Assembly: GCF_964355755.1 (NCBI RefSeq)
Contig: NC_092672.1
Span: 34,416,437 to 34,480,436 of the forward strand
Length of the DNA: 64,000 nt
Source of the DNA: Antedon mediterranea
Lineage: Eukaryota; Animalia; Echinodermata
Direction of reading: 5' to 3'
Position 1 is the first letter of the stretch. Each line of letters opens with the position of its first letter. Of this stretch, positions 1 through 14,083 are shown one piece after another. The position numbers and the translations under genes were made by a program. The notes below the pieces were generated by a model. The model had not been told where the DNA came from. It saw only the letters and a list, made by a program, of their open reading frames with translations, and did no database searches.

Positions 1-2251
1 GTACAACTGTGTTTTACTCTTAAAGAGATTGTGTTAAACGCAGTCTGTAATTGTTTGTCTAATTTACCTCCTCGTTAAAGCATGGCCATCATGTCTACAC
101 TGCAGTCGAAATGTCATCATTTTAATATCAATACCTAATATTCCTTTTTACTTTAGGCTCTTTGTTTTCTACTTCATCAGGATGCAACATTATGATTGAT
201 TCTACCATTTATTTGTTTTTTCATAAATTTGTCCTTAAAGGTCATTTTCTTAAAAGCTACTGTTAAGTACAGTATTCTTCACTAGCGTCACAATGCCTTT
301 AAGCTTTATAATGTTTACAATGTAATATACATTAAATACACATTAATTACTTTTTTTACCTATAAAATATAATTTTAGTGTTTTTAATCTGAAGCTGGTT
401 TTTTCCAGCTAGATTTACCGAAAAAAAATTTCTTCTGGTAAGAAAGAAATTGACTTTTTAAAGCTTTTTTAGTGGTACTGTAGGCAAACACACACATAAA
501 AACAAAGGATATATGATTGATAAAAAGTACAATCCCCGCATTTTTAAATTTTATTTCATATTACCGGTATTTTATTTCAATTACTATACACGCAACAGTG
601 ATTGCAAGTGTAATATACACCTGTACATATTAAAACCACATCACAAAGGGTACAAAATATTTTTTACCTTTTTATACAGTATTCACACTACAGTACATTG
701 ATTAGATAATTCTTATGATCATCAACTCTGAGTTGGTACCTTCCTTAATTAATCCAAAATTAATTTCTAAATTTGGGAAAACATTGATTCTGTGCAATAG
801 CATTTCTTGCCCTATATCACATTTGATTGCATTTTAATATCACCCTTTTATTACTGATTACATTTGAATATTAATAATTCAATTTGTTATTGCTACAGTA
901 ATTTAGAAGTGAGTGTAATGATTACATGTATGTACCAATGATGAAAATGTGATTTATTTATTATAGTATCTACTCGTTCCAAAATTGAAATAAGTATTGG
1001 ATTATTAAAGTTGATGGCAAGTGAAGTTATGTAGGTTATTAGAGTAACTGTATGTACTGTAATATGAATGTATTATACTTTCTGACTTGATTTTAATAAT
1101 TATGGTGATATGACCAATATATGACAGAAGGGAGCACACACTGTACAAACATGAAATTAATCATCGTAATCATTAGTATCCTTATCAATTTCTTTACTGT
1201 TGTCATCATTGTTATGACAACCACCAATCTGACCCCTGACCTATTCACCTAGTTTTTTATCCTTTCATGCCCAAACAAAAGCCTTTTCTTCACTATGTAG
1301 TTAAATACAATTCTTTTATTTATCAAGAAATACTATTTTTATTATAGCAATAGAGAAATTATCGTGTTAAAGCTACTTATGTCAACTGTACAGAATTATA
1401 GCTAGTAACAATAGATTTGGTTAAAATGTTATTGAAAAAGGGAAACAATAGATCTGTTGTAAACTGATCGGATGTAATCAATAATTCTACCTTTGAGGCT
1501 ATTATTAATTATTTTAGATTAAGATTTCTATCCAGCATTTTCTACTACTACTACTACTACTACTATTACTACATTTAAGTATTTTTCTGTTGGTTGCGCT
1601 TTTCATAATGGACGGTAAATTAATTACAAAATGTTTAAGTAACCATGACTGTGATTAGAATAGCAAAACAATACATTATTTTCATTCTATTTTCTAGGGA
1701 TATGCACACAGATTAAATTATGCATGAACGTTTTCCCAGATTTACAAAATGTTGCTCAGAAAATATTTTCCTAAAATTTGTGAGCTTTTTAATGTTATAT
1801 ATTTATATAAAAATGTATTTCTTTAAAAAAAATTTTTTTTATAATAATTAGCAAACTTATTAATTTTAAACATGCGATTAAATTGACTATAAAAATAAGG
1901 ATTGTTTACATAACAAATTTCAAAGAATGGTTGGTAAATCTACTTATTAAATTAAAAATGATAAAAATATTAACAGTAGGTCTTTTAAGCGCCCAACAAT
2001 TTAATCTACATTTGACAGAAGATATAATAACTACTTACTGTACAGTAACTGTACTGTAACTACTTAATGTACAAGCCAGGAAAACCATTTTGTGGTCAAC
2101 TAAATTGTACCTGTCCACTAATAGTAATAAAAGAGAAAGTAAATGAACTATAATTACTCATAGAGTATTGTAAGTATAAAGTACATTATGCGTAATAATG
2201 TGGAATCTTTGTTAATCGCTACAAATAGCAAGGTTTTATAGACAATACTTA

Positions 2252-2889
2252 CCGTACTGACGCGGGTATAAGCCCATACTCGGGTATAAGCCCACCCCCG
2301 ACTTTTGACTAATTTTCATGAAAAATGAGGCACTCGGGTATAAGCCCACCCATTAATTCGAAGATCTACAGTGCGTGTCGTAATACATTATTTTGTATTT
2401 GGCGACGTCCATACACCGAATACACCTACCTTTGATCATAACCAAGCTAGGCTAATATACGCTAGGCCATATGAGGCCTAGCGGTCCTGTTTTGTTTACA
2501 CTCCATCGCGGTCGAAGATCGCTTCAGACACGACGCTACAAGTCGCCAAAACAAGCTTATTAAATTTCTTTGGTACATTTCTATTTAACGAACATTGTAT
2601 ACTTGTTTTTCTGCTTGATAAATTCTTGTTAAATTGATGTTTAAAATAAGATATTCTACGATAAATTACACGAACTATAAACTTAATTTTCCGACACTCT
2701 ACACCTCGTATATTTAGAGGCAACGTCGTACACGTGAGGGCGCTCGCTCGCATGGTGGAATCGAATACACAGTGTACATGTGCTGTTTTTGACGATCTGC
2801 ATTTTTGGATCCTCGGGTATAAGCCCACCCCCCAAACTTGACGTGATTTCATGTTCGAGGGGGGTGGGCTTATACCCGCGTCAGTACGG
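2252..2889. mobile_element. Non-autonomous Tc1/mariner-pogo-type MITE
   Basis: TIR CCGTACTGACGCGGGTATAAGCCCA / TGGGCTTATACCCGCGTCAGTACGG, TA on both sides, subterminal repeats of CGGGTATAAGCCCA; no transposase ORF. Confidence 0.88.
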
Positions 2890-3388
2890 TAATTATTAAT
2901 TCTGGTTAGGTAGGTGCTTAGTATAATTCTGAGAGAATAACAACCATGTGTAGATCTAGCATGTGTGGACTGTATACTGTACTAGCCATAGAGCTGAACT
3001 AGTGTTAAATTAGTATACTATTACAGTATTTATTTCGCTCTGATGATTCAGATATTCTTAATAAAGTGTTAAACCGTGACTAGCTTTACATTAATCTCGG
3101 CCATTTTGATTTTCACAATTTATTCTTTACACTATTTCTACTCCTTGTTGTTGCTAATGATTGCTATATTTTGTTTTTTTTTCCTGTTTTTTTACAAAAT
3201 ATGGTTACCCAAAATGATACAAATTATTTGTATTATTGGTATTTCTTAACATTTTCATTAATTATTATCATTTTTTTATATTATTAATTTAAATTTATGT
3301 TGCTATTTAAAAAGCATAGCACCTCATAGAACTAATAAAATGTGGAATAGTACTGAATATGTTTATACATTTAACAAGATTTAAAATA

Positions 3389-4740
3389 GGTCCAAGCTTG
3401 GACCACTACTGTATCATGTATAGTACACAGGTCAGCTTTGACCACATACAGTACTGTATGGTTCCCCAGGTCAGCTTTGACCACTACTCCATAGTACACA
3501 GGTCAGCTTTGACCACTAATATATGGTTCCCAGGTCAGCTTTGACCACTACTGTATAGTTTTTAGGTCAGCTTTGACCACTACTAATGTATCTTTATATG
3601 GTTTCCAGGTCAATTTAGACCATTACTATGGTTTCCAGGTCAGCATTGACGACCACAAATGTATGGTTTTTAGATAAGCTTTGACTGTACTACTGTACTG
3701 TAATGGTTTAAAATTTATATAGCGCAAAATACAAATACTGTAGTCTGTATGCGCTGTTTAGAAAAATAAAAAAGTTGATGAAAATAAACCAGTTCAGCAT
3801 TGACCACTACTGTATGGTTTCCAGGTCAGTTTTGACCACTACTGTCTGGTTCCCAGGTCAGCTTTAACCACTACTGTCTGGTTTCCAGGTCAGCTTTTAC
3901 CACTACTGTATAGTTTCCAGGTCAGTTTTGACCACTACTGTCTGGTTCCCAGGTCAGCTTTAACCACTACTTTCTGGTTTCCAGGTCAGCTTTAACCACT
4001 ACTGTCTGGTTTCCAGGTCAGCTTTTACCACTACTGTATAGTTTTTAGGTCAGCTTTGACCACTATTGTATGGTTTTCAGGTCAGCTTTAACCACTACTG
4101 TCTGGTTTCCAGGTCAGCTTTTACCACTACTGTATAGTTTTTTGGTCAGCTTTGACCACTACTGTATGGTTTCCACGTCAGCATTGACCACTACTGTATG
4201 GTTTCCAGGTCAGCTTTAACCACTACTGTCTGGTTTCCAGGTCAGCTTTTACCACTACTGTATAGTTTTTAGGTCAGCTTTGACCACTATTGTATGGTTT
4301 TCAGGTCAGCTTTAACCACTACTGTCTGGTTTCCAGGTCAGCTTTTACCACTACTGTATAGTTTTTAGGTCAGCTTTGACCACTACTGTATGGTTTCCAC
4401 GTCAGCATTGACCACTACTGTATGGTTTCCACGTCAGCATTGACCACTACTGTATGGTTTCCAGGTCAGTTTTGACCACTACTGTCTGGTTCCCAAGTCA
4501 GCTTTGACCCTTACTGTATGGTTCCCAGGTCAGTTTTGACCACTACTGTATGGTTCCCAGGTCAGCTTTGACCCTTACTGTATGGTTCCCAGGTCAGCTT
4601 TGACCTTTACTTTATGGTTCCCAGGTCAGCTTTGACCAACTCTATGGTTTAAGATCAGCTTTGACCACTGCTATGGCTTCCAGGTCAGCTTTGACCACTA
4701 CTGTATAGTTTCCAGGTCAACTTCGTTGACCACTACTGTA
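3389..4740. repeat. 32-bp minisatellite (about 38 units, interrupted at about 3700-3790)
   Basis: Consensus GGTCAGCTTTGACCACTACTGTATGGTTTCCA, head to tail with no spacers. Confidence 0.95.
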
Positions 4741-4885
4741 ATTGTACATTACTTGATTTATAATTTTTATGTAGTATTAGTAGTAGTAATGTATTTTATA
4801 CAGGTGTCTTTATGATTGATTATTTTAATTAATAGTTGAGGTTAAAAATACAATCAGTTATCTGTTTAATTAGCACATCCATCCA

Positions 4886-5460
4886 GAGTTCAGGATTCAA
4901 GATTCAAGAAATTTTATTTGTCCATAAAAATGGAAATTCACTTTGCTTGGTAGATTAAAACAACAATATTGCAACAATTAAAAAAAAACGTGCAGTATTA
5001 TAACAGATTAAAAGTACAAGATAAAAAGTTAAAAATACTGTTAAAAATGTAAAACAATTAAAAATTGCATTAACGTCTTACATTAGAATTAAAAATATGA
5101 ATGCTATTTACAACGAAGGATTTTCTAGTTCTACAAAGATTTGCTCTTGGAGGTCGTAGCCTAATGCCTGATCTATTTAAGTTATAACAGTAATGTAACG
5201 GATGAGGGGGGTCTTTCATAATATTGTTTACTTTTTTAAAAATACTCTTTTCATAGATAAATGAACAAGGCGTTAGATCAGTTTTAATAATACGTTGTGC
5301 AATTTTACGTGGTCTCTCAATATTTTTCTTATCATTTTCAGTAAAGTTACCATAAAAACATCCAATGCTAAAAGATAAAATACTTTGAATAATACTTTGA
5401 TAAAATAGAATTAAAATAGTGTTATCAACTCTAATTTGCTTGAGTTTTCTGAGAAAGTAA
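4886..5460 (-). mobile_element. 5'-truncated LINE (Rex1/Babar-like): C-terminus of the RT ORF plus 3' tail
   Basis: Open frame 5459-5070 reads YFLRKLKQIRVDNTILILFYQSIIQSILSFSIGCFYGN...IMKDPPHPLH...RSGIRLR...RKSFVVNSIHIFN*, followed by AATAAA and a (CTTGAAT)n tail. Confidence 0.85.
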
Positions 5461-6391
5461 AAAAAAGAAAGTTAATCAATCAATCAATCCATCGATCAAT
5501 AATAATCAATCAATCAGTTATCCAATTAGTAATCCTTAAAAAATAGTGTTGTGTGAATAAAGTGTTTGGACACCTGATGTGAGAGTTAAGTCTGTGTACA
5601 CATGGTGTACAGTAGTGAGTTACAGTTTACAGTAAGTCTCATTTCTCTGTCCTTCAGAAGGGATACTTAGCTGCTGGTTCAATGTATAAAACTTTCATGA
5701 ATAAACATACAGTACTGTAGGGACACAAACAGAATAAATTAAAAATGTTGATACTTGGTACTGTAATATTTTAGAAGATACTAAACATCTTCAGTAAATT
5801 TAGAATAATCTAATTGTACAGATCTTCTTCTTGTGTCAAATAGTGAATTACAGTCAAGTGAATAGCACTACTACTGTATTTGTCTGAAATATTCACAGTT
5901 GCTAATTACTATGCGCATATTTAATAGCTTGTACAAACACATCAGTATTCATTGATTTTCCATATTCAGAATTATTGATATGCTCATGAATATTCATAAT
6001 GATTGAAATGAAATTGGAATGTTGTCTGAAGATATAATATTGGCTAATTATGGCTAATTTAATGTTAAATACAAGGCGATGATTATTCAGTCAGTAATAT
6101 TTTTTTTTTAAATCATGATAGAAAATATTTGATGAAATGCTGAATGAAAAACACAATGTTAAATGATCTTATTATTACTATTAGTGTAGTCTTAAATGCT
6201 CTATTATTTGTATCCTTCAGAATGCTTCTAATAATACTGTCCTTGCCTCGTCCTTAGGTTGGGACTTTAAGCTTTTGGTCATGTGTACTGTACATAAAAG
6301 TGCTTGCTACAGTAATAATTTTCACGAAGCGCTTAGAAATATAATTTCTGTTTTGCCATGGATCTGTAACCATAAATAGGTAATTGTAGTA

Positions 6392-6730
6392 GTGATGTGG
6401 TAGCCTGGTGGTTAACGTGCTTGCCTTCCAATCCCAAGGTCTTGAGTTCAATCCTGACCTACCTGTACTGTACAGTCCTGTGCCAGTGTAATGTAAAGCT
6501 CTGTCTACACTATCAAACTAGTTTGACAAAAAATGGTGCTCATATATGGTAGTGATATACCCAAATATGGTAGTGATATGACATCATTATGTCCAAAAAA
6601 GGCCACATTACATTTTTTTGTAGTGTAAACAGAGCTACTCACATCTCTTCTATACTCCTTTGTAAGAATGGTTAGTGATAGTTTATCCATCCTGTAATTG
6701 GTTAGTTTCTCTGTGTAGGATGAGTATGAA
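6392..6730 (+). mobile_element. tRNA(Gly)-derived SINE (family B) with a Harbinger MITE inserted at about 6497-6636
   Basis: A-box-like TAGCCTGGTGG, CTTCCAA anticodon-like loop, B-box GTTCAATCC; shared tail TTATCCATCCTGTAATTGG...GGATGAGTATGAAAT also at 11715-11960 and 61966-62570. Confidence 0.75.
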
Positions 6731-7591
6731 ATTTAAAAATTGTAAATATTAAACAGTAAGTTAGTGAAACAGTGTGGTGATGGGAGACTCTGTTTTCTGA
6801 CCTTGTTTGGTTTATTAGGCTTTCTCCTGGTTTATTTAACAATAACACTTTCTTCTTCTTATATAATATATACAAATTTAAAACCATTAACCATTAGAGT
6901 GAGACAGATTTAAGTAAATGAGAATGAGGACGTCGTCAACCCACTAATAATAAAGTTCACTCTATACTGTACAGTAGTAACAACAATATTGTAATTCCCT
7001 TATTACACAGCAGTTGACATTTTAACTTAATGTATGTTTGTTATCTTAACACACAAAGTTTATTAAAGTAAATGAAAGCAGTCTAATTACAGATATTCAA
7101 TTATTATTTCAGATCAAGAAAATCAAAACATAAGGAACATTCTATTGATTCTGATCATTCCGATTGCAATAATCTTTTACGTACAAATTATTTGTTTAGG
7201 CTGGGACGTCTACATCACAACATTCTCGGTGATAAATATTGCGGTACTTACGTACATGCTAAAGTTTAAATGTCTGCGTCCTAATATAACTGACAAATTG
7301 GCCTATTTCTTGTTGATGATGATGACTGGTTGCGTCTCCTTGGTAGATTTTTCTACTCCACTGAAATGTAATATGAATTTCATCTTTTTTCAGTCCAATC
7401 TTTTATTGTCATAGTATTGGCAAATTTCTGTTTACGAATTACAAAACACTGCTTGAAGTAAAGTTCGAGTTCGTTAAAATTATATAAAAAGTATATCATG
7501 TTTTTTAATTCTTATTTAAGTTATTCCAATTTGATAATGTGAACATTACTAGAACAGCATCCATAAATATATGTGAAGGTTGTTTTGAAAA

Positions 7592-7941
7592 AGATATATT
7601 GGCCCCCCCCCCCCCCCCCCCCATAATAAAAAAAATAATTTATAATATATTCCATTTTAATATTAGTTATTCACTTTGAACAAAACTGGATTGGAAAAAA
7701 AAATTATTTACCTGAAAAATTGTTACTTAAACTAAAGCTGTCAGACAATGTAATTTGTGTTTTTTAATTTGTTTCTTTTGTGTTTTTATAAGTGAAATAA
7801 TCATTTTTGTTGATTTTTTTCCACAGAAGTGATTAACTTTATTAAAACTGCAAAATAACCTATTCAAAGTCTGATTTTATTAATCTGATGTTATTATTAA
7901 TCAATATTCTTCTTGTTTTTTGGAGACAATACTGTACATCT
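7592..7941. mobile_element. Kolobok-like MITE, inverted and degraded copy of the 43081-43425 family
   Basis: Ends AGATATATTGGCCCC... and ...GAGACAATACTGTACATCT|TTAA; the internal AAAATAACCTATTCAAAGTCTGATTT is the reverse complement of about 43125-43150. Confidence 0.7.
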
Positions 7942-9019
7942 TTAAGCAAAATCCTTTGACTTTTAAAAAAAGTTATGATTTTTTGCACGTTATTATTTGT
8001 TTTTCTTTTGGTTGGTTTCGAAATAAATAAAAATAAACAAATCTGACCCATTGTACTGTATTTGTACTACGACTTGGATTTTGATCACCACATGGCAATG
8101 TTATGAATGTTGTAGCTTATTTTATTGAACACAGTAAGTAGGTTAGTACAGATATCTATAATATTTATAACCATGATCTTTGACATTAATTACAACTTGC
8201 GTTTCTCTAACAAGATCTTTAACTTATGTAAGAATGAAAGTTAAAGAACGAGGTTAACTGTACTCTTATCGTTTGCGTTTTTCATTTTTAATTTAAAAGA
8301 TGTATGTCACGTTTTGAACTCCATATCGCATGCAACATTATCCGCTAGATATTGATAAATATCTTGCCCTTAGTCTGTTGTTGTGACGCTCTTTTCTTCT
8401 AGAATATTCTGAATCGATTAAACATTTAAAAAAAAAAAAAAAAACAAATTGGGTTAATTTATCTTCAATTGATTTTAAATTACCGGTATGCATTTGGAAT
8501 TATTTTGACAATATGCCTGGCATGTGTTATAAGTTTCTTGATAAGATTGTGATGTTAATGTTTCTGAATTTCTTGTTTTACATTATTTGATGAGCTGTAT
8601 ACTATAGTACACTTAGCATTTTAGCAATTACTATTGAGTGAAATAATTTCCAAATGTTGTATAATAATTGTTTAATGATTCATTTAAATACTACTCTACT
8701 GTAAATATGAAAATATGATTGATTTTTGTGACAATTTAGAGTGAAATAAATCCAAAGGCATTTGTAATTTATGTACAGTACAGTATATACACAGTATCAC
8801 TATACCTGTGCACCAGGATCAGATTGTATATTCCATACACACATAAAGCTCTGTCTACACTGTCAACTTTATGGGGGAAAAAATGTGATGTGCCAATATG
8901 TGGACATATGATGTCATATCACTACCATATTTGGGTGTATCACTTCCATATTTGGGCATATCACTACCATATTTGTAAGAGCTTAAGATATGTTACTGTA
9001 CCTTTATACTTACAGAATC

Positions 9020-12000
9020 ATGAGTTCACCAGCGGCAATACCTCCATCTTCAGGAAAAAAGAAAGGCGGTGGGTTCCTTCACAGACAGGTGAAAAAGAAG
9101 GTGACTAAACCGGACACGGAGCCTATGACGGAGGAGGACCTGCTCCAGAGAGATGTAGTTTCACCAGATGACGTCCTAAGGTTAATTAAATGTACTGAAA
9201 GTGAGTTAATTGTTGTTTTTTTTATGGTGACACCTAAAGTTTAATTGGTCAGATGTTTGCCCTACTGTACTCTGATGTAATGTGTACTTCATAATACTAA
9301 GTACATTGAGAACACTTTCCGTGGCACGTTAACGTCATGTGTTAGCTTTTTGTTTCTGAAAAATGATTTAAAGAAACATGCTCGAACACACTACCTTCAG
9401 ATCACTACCCTGGCATTCATACTGTACCTCTAGAACACTGAGCTTGCATTGATGGCTAGGGGTTAGATTCAAGCGCAAGTACAGTCAGCATCAGGTTCTG
9501 CACCAACAGTAATTATATTTAATTTTAACTACACAGTTCTTGCTTACCTCCCTGACACAAAGCTACTCCACAGTAGTTAAATACAAATTACAACTAAAGT
9601 TTAGTCGTGTCTCTCGAGTCCGTTTTATAATCACCACCAGATAGACTTTCTTCATCAGTACGATAATTTGACGTTCATTCAGGAAATTATCTTGCGCAAT
9701 ATTTCCAATTGTTAATCTATCGTGTGAATAGTATAAAACCGCACCGTCAATTGTTATAAACAAGCATTAAAAAAAATTAAGTAAAGAAAATTATTATTGA
9801 TTATTGGATGTTTGTTATAAATTCTCTGCATAAAATTAAATTCATCAGTGCGAGAGAAGAACAGTGTAGTGCACGGTTTATTTATTGATAATAAAAAGTT
9901 GCATGATAGGAATAATTAATATAGAGAATATTAAACGCTTACAAGAGCACTATATTTTATTTTATTAATAATTAATATTTATATACAGTAATGTATGTAT
10001 TTAACTTACAAAATGGTTAAAATGTGGTATTATTACAGTAATATATTGTTTGTGTGTTTTATTCGGTTACAATACACATTTTAATACAAAGTAAGACAAA
10101 TAATTGAAAGATATAATTATATAAGTAATAATACAGTGTGTGGTAGGTCACCAAAATAAGATTGCAAAGAATCTTAAGGTCATGGCCACCAGTTAAAAAA
10201 AATAAAGAAAAAAATAAATATAATATTTAGTTTCTGTAAATCACTCACCTTGTCAAATTGTTTTGTTCTTAGGGTCCATACAGAACAGATTCGGCTGGAT
10301 GGATCACTGTTGTTGAATATAAAATAAATTAAATAAATAAAAAATAATTAAAGAGAATCAACATTTTCCTTTACTATATCATAAAAAATGAAATTCAGTT
10401 ACAATTTATAATTTACAGTACTTTATATTAATTATTATACCTTTATAAAATATTATATTATCATTTTGCTGTGATAGTCACCGTTTGTTTATGAATATTC
10501 AAAGTTAGTGCGTTAAGATGGTATTGAAATCCATCAACCTTCAACACAATAATTTCACTATCCTTAACACACTACATTATATAATACTACAAACGTACAG
10601 TAGTATTCAATACAAATATCTGGATTAAGGAATATGCTAATAAATTATTAGAAAACTGATAGGAAGTCTTAAGTAGGTTTTAAGCACTTGAAGGGAATTT
10701 TAAGACGCAATGTTATGATGGTTATTACATGATGATCTGAACAGATCATTTATAGCAGCAATGGAAACCAATAATAAACGACTGTACACAACAGGCTTGA
10801 CTGATTTTACAAGCAAACGCATTCTTTGGGTCGTAGATTTTAACATCAATCGGAGGCAATTAGAGATGTATGTCTGCAAAAATAAAAAATTGTCTCATTT
10901 CATCAAATGCTTTATGCATTGTCTGTTATTGATGTATCTAGTAACTAGGTGAAAGGTTACTTTAAAATGATGTTTGCAAACATAATTTGCAGAGAACACA
11001 TTCAACAGTAAGACATACACCTACAGTAAAATCTTTCATTTGAGGCAAAAGATACTTTTATTAAGAGGACAACCCTATATTAAAAGAACACCCCTATATT
11101 AAACGGACACCCCATAAAGGAGGCACTAGCATGCCCCAAGATGTAACAAACACATTACCTATTTAAATTAATGTCAATTTTCTTGTTGCTTTGAATTGAT
11201 TCCACAGTAGCATTATAGGAAAATAAGAAATACCGCTCATGTGCACTTTAAAGAACCTAGTACATCTTTTGTGATGAGTAAGGAGTTACCCGGTGTACCA
11301 GTACACACACACACTGCCACTATCATACAAAGCCACTGTGCAATTGGGACTGGACCGTTTTTAGAGGTGTTTACCACCTGTTGGTCCCGATCCTTCACTA
11401 ACACTGTTAGTGAGAAGTTGAATAAATAAATTAAATTAAAAAAAATATATTAACATTTGGTGGTGCATGCACGATGAAACAATTCTACAGAGACACCGTA
11501 AAAAAAAGTTTTTCTTTGTTTTCTTAAGTTTCCAAAACATCCTAAATTCTTTATTATTTAACTGACTTTTCAGATTATTTATGTGACCCAGATGCTAATA
11601 TCTATAACATAGACTTCACACGATTTAAGATCAGAGATATGGAGAGTAATACAGTGCTGTTTGAGATTGCGAAGCCACCCCCATCAGGTAAGGATCTAGT
11701 AGATACTAATAATGGAGCTGGAGTGGAGCTGTGGCTTGGTGCTTATGACGCTTGGCTACCAATCTAAGGGTCCTGGGTTCAAGTCCTGTCATATGTCAGG
11801 GTTTTTTTCTCATGACAATTTACAACTCCACTCCCAAAGACTTAATAATAAGTCTTTGTTTATGTAGAGCATCTTGTGTATATGTTTGTCTTGTGAAATT
11901 ATTAAATAGTTTATCCATCCTGTAATTGGCGGGTTACTCGCTGTTGGATGAGTATGAAATAAAAAAAAAATAAATTAAAAAAAATAATACTTGAATTAGT

Positions 12001-14049
12001 TTTTTATGTTTAAGTTTATGGCCGGCAAACGACAATTTAAATTAGTTTTACATTCATCAGATTGATGGATGAAACTATAAAGCCAGGACTGTTTAAAACA
12101 CCTTGGTTGGTCCTTGATCATCCAGTGCCCACCTTGACCAGAGGGTATGGGGCAATACGTCTTGAGGCAGATACTAGATGCAGGGCTGCCATAACAGTCA
12201 GCAGTGCTAATTTCAAATGCCTACTATAGCACCTCAGCTCCATATACAGCACCGGATATTCCTAAATGGTCTCCTATTCAAGCTCTAATCAGGCTTAACT
12301 TCGGTGATCTGACGAGAATGTTGTAAAGCCGTATTCGAATAAAAAAATTAATAATTGGATAGATTTCTATAATAAAGTTGATTTAGCTAGTTGGACTTAA
12401 TAATGATAGCAACTTGAGAAAAATTTATTCTACTATATGAAGCTCTGTCTACACTATCAAACTAGTTTGACAGAAATGTGTGATGTAAACAAAATTTGTT
12501 TACAGCACACATTTTTGTGATAATTTAATTTAATATGATAGTGGTATGGCCAAATATGGTAGTGATATGACATCATCATGTCCATACAGTATATGGTCAC
12601 ATCACATTGTCACATAAAGATTGATAGTGTAGACAGAGCTTAACAACTAGAAATTGTCACCAATAATTTTGTCTTCGATTGTTTTAGATGATGACGAGGA
12701 GGAGGAAACAGACACGGAGGATGTTGACCCCAACGCAGGTCGGTTTGTGCGTTACCAGTTCACTCCACAGTTTCTGAAGTTAACCACAGTTGGCGCAACG
12801 TAAGACTTCTAATGTTTAACACGCCTCAATTATTATTTTATATTTTTTTATTTATTGTACTGTATGTACATTTAGTGATATGGAAAGACAATTTAAAAAC
12901 TAGATTTGAACTCGTCACTACGGACGAGTTAGGTTATCCGCAGTGCAAAAGCCACGTGCACGTCATACGTTAGAATAGTGCGCGCAAAAAAATAAAACGA
13001 TTATGGCATTGAAAAATGTTAGTGCGCTCTCTATGTTGCGTCGCGTCTAAGTATATACGGTATAACACTATATACTGTATACGTACTACATACAGTGCAG
13101 AATAGGTGAAAATAAGTGACCAAAGTTATTGACGCATTTGAATATGATGACGTCATCACAATTTTTAAAATGGTGGATCATGCGAAAGGTAATTGATTGA
13201 TCTAGACAATATAAAAAAATTGAGTGAAATGGAATAAGGATAAGTAGAGATGCGCTCTATTAAATTGACGAGCTATGACGAAAGAGAAAAAAATCCTATA
13301 TTTTATATTCGGGTGGCCATACGATGACGTCACAATGTCTGGTTAGCCATATCAATGCATGATTCGAGAAAAACAACTCATCTACTTCCAGAATCTGAAA
13401 TTTTAAATATTTTCACCTCGGAGTTTAGAATCTATGACTGTTTTAAAAAAGGCATAATTTTGACGAATTTTTGAACTTTTTCTTCAAAAACGCGCGCAAA
13501 TTGTTCAATTCTACGTGCTCGTATGACGTGATTTTAAGTCGAAATTGATTGAAAATTGGTAAATGTACTAGAAAAGGCTGAAAAAACAAAAATCAAGCAA
13601 AAAAAAGATGTTTTTGCGCTACGTGCGCACGCGCGCGTAAAAAAATTGCGCACGTGTGGGAATTTTTGAAATGCTCAAAATGACATGAAACGCATAGAAA
13701 GTTGATTAGAAATTGATTTTTCGCATTTTGAAATTTCAAACGCGCGTGCGCGCGTAACTTTTTGTGAAACATGCCATTTTTAATCCATAGAAAGTTTGCG
13801 CATGATCTCACTTAAATTTTCACAAAGTTTCAATACAAAACAACTTTTAGTTTTTATTCTATGATCAATCATTGAAATTCATAAAATCGCGCGTAACTTA
13901 CGCTGCGCAACTCCAAAATCGTCCAAAAGCTTGGCTGCACATCTACAGCTATAGGTCAACCTTATGACAAAGTTATACAATCTTATGTTGGCCACAAGAT
14001 AGAGATGTGCTGCGAACAAAATTCGGGGAAAGAAAGAAGAATAACATAG

Positions 14050-14083
<34 letters not shown>

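Noticed and set aside
2496-2852. 118-aa ORF as a transposase
   Set aside because: It lies inside a 638-bp MITE and shows no DDE or HTH motifs.
3389-4740. CRISPR-like array (32-bp palindromic repeat)
   Set aside because: Units abut with no unique spacers, there are no cas genes, and the context is eukaryotic.
7145-7414. Hydrophobic 89-aa ORF after an acceptor-like TTTCAG
   Set aside because: No recognisable family and no upstream exons found; hydrophobic ORFs arise readily in AT-rich DNA.
9615-9660. ACTGATGAAGAAAGTCTATCTGGTGGTGA (minus strand, also at 26868-26900 plus) as a hammerhead or C/D snoRNA
   Set aside because: No correctly placed GAAA or stem I closure, and no D box with terminal stem; best treated as an unclassified dispersed repeat fragment.
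12245-12335. Functional 5S rRNA gene
   Set aside because: Two internal deletions, many substitutions and no oligo-T terminator at the 3' end.
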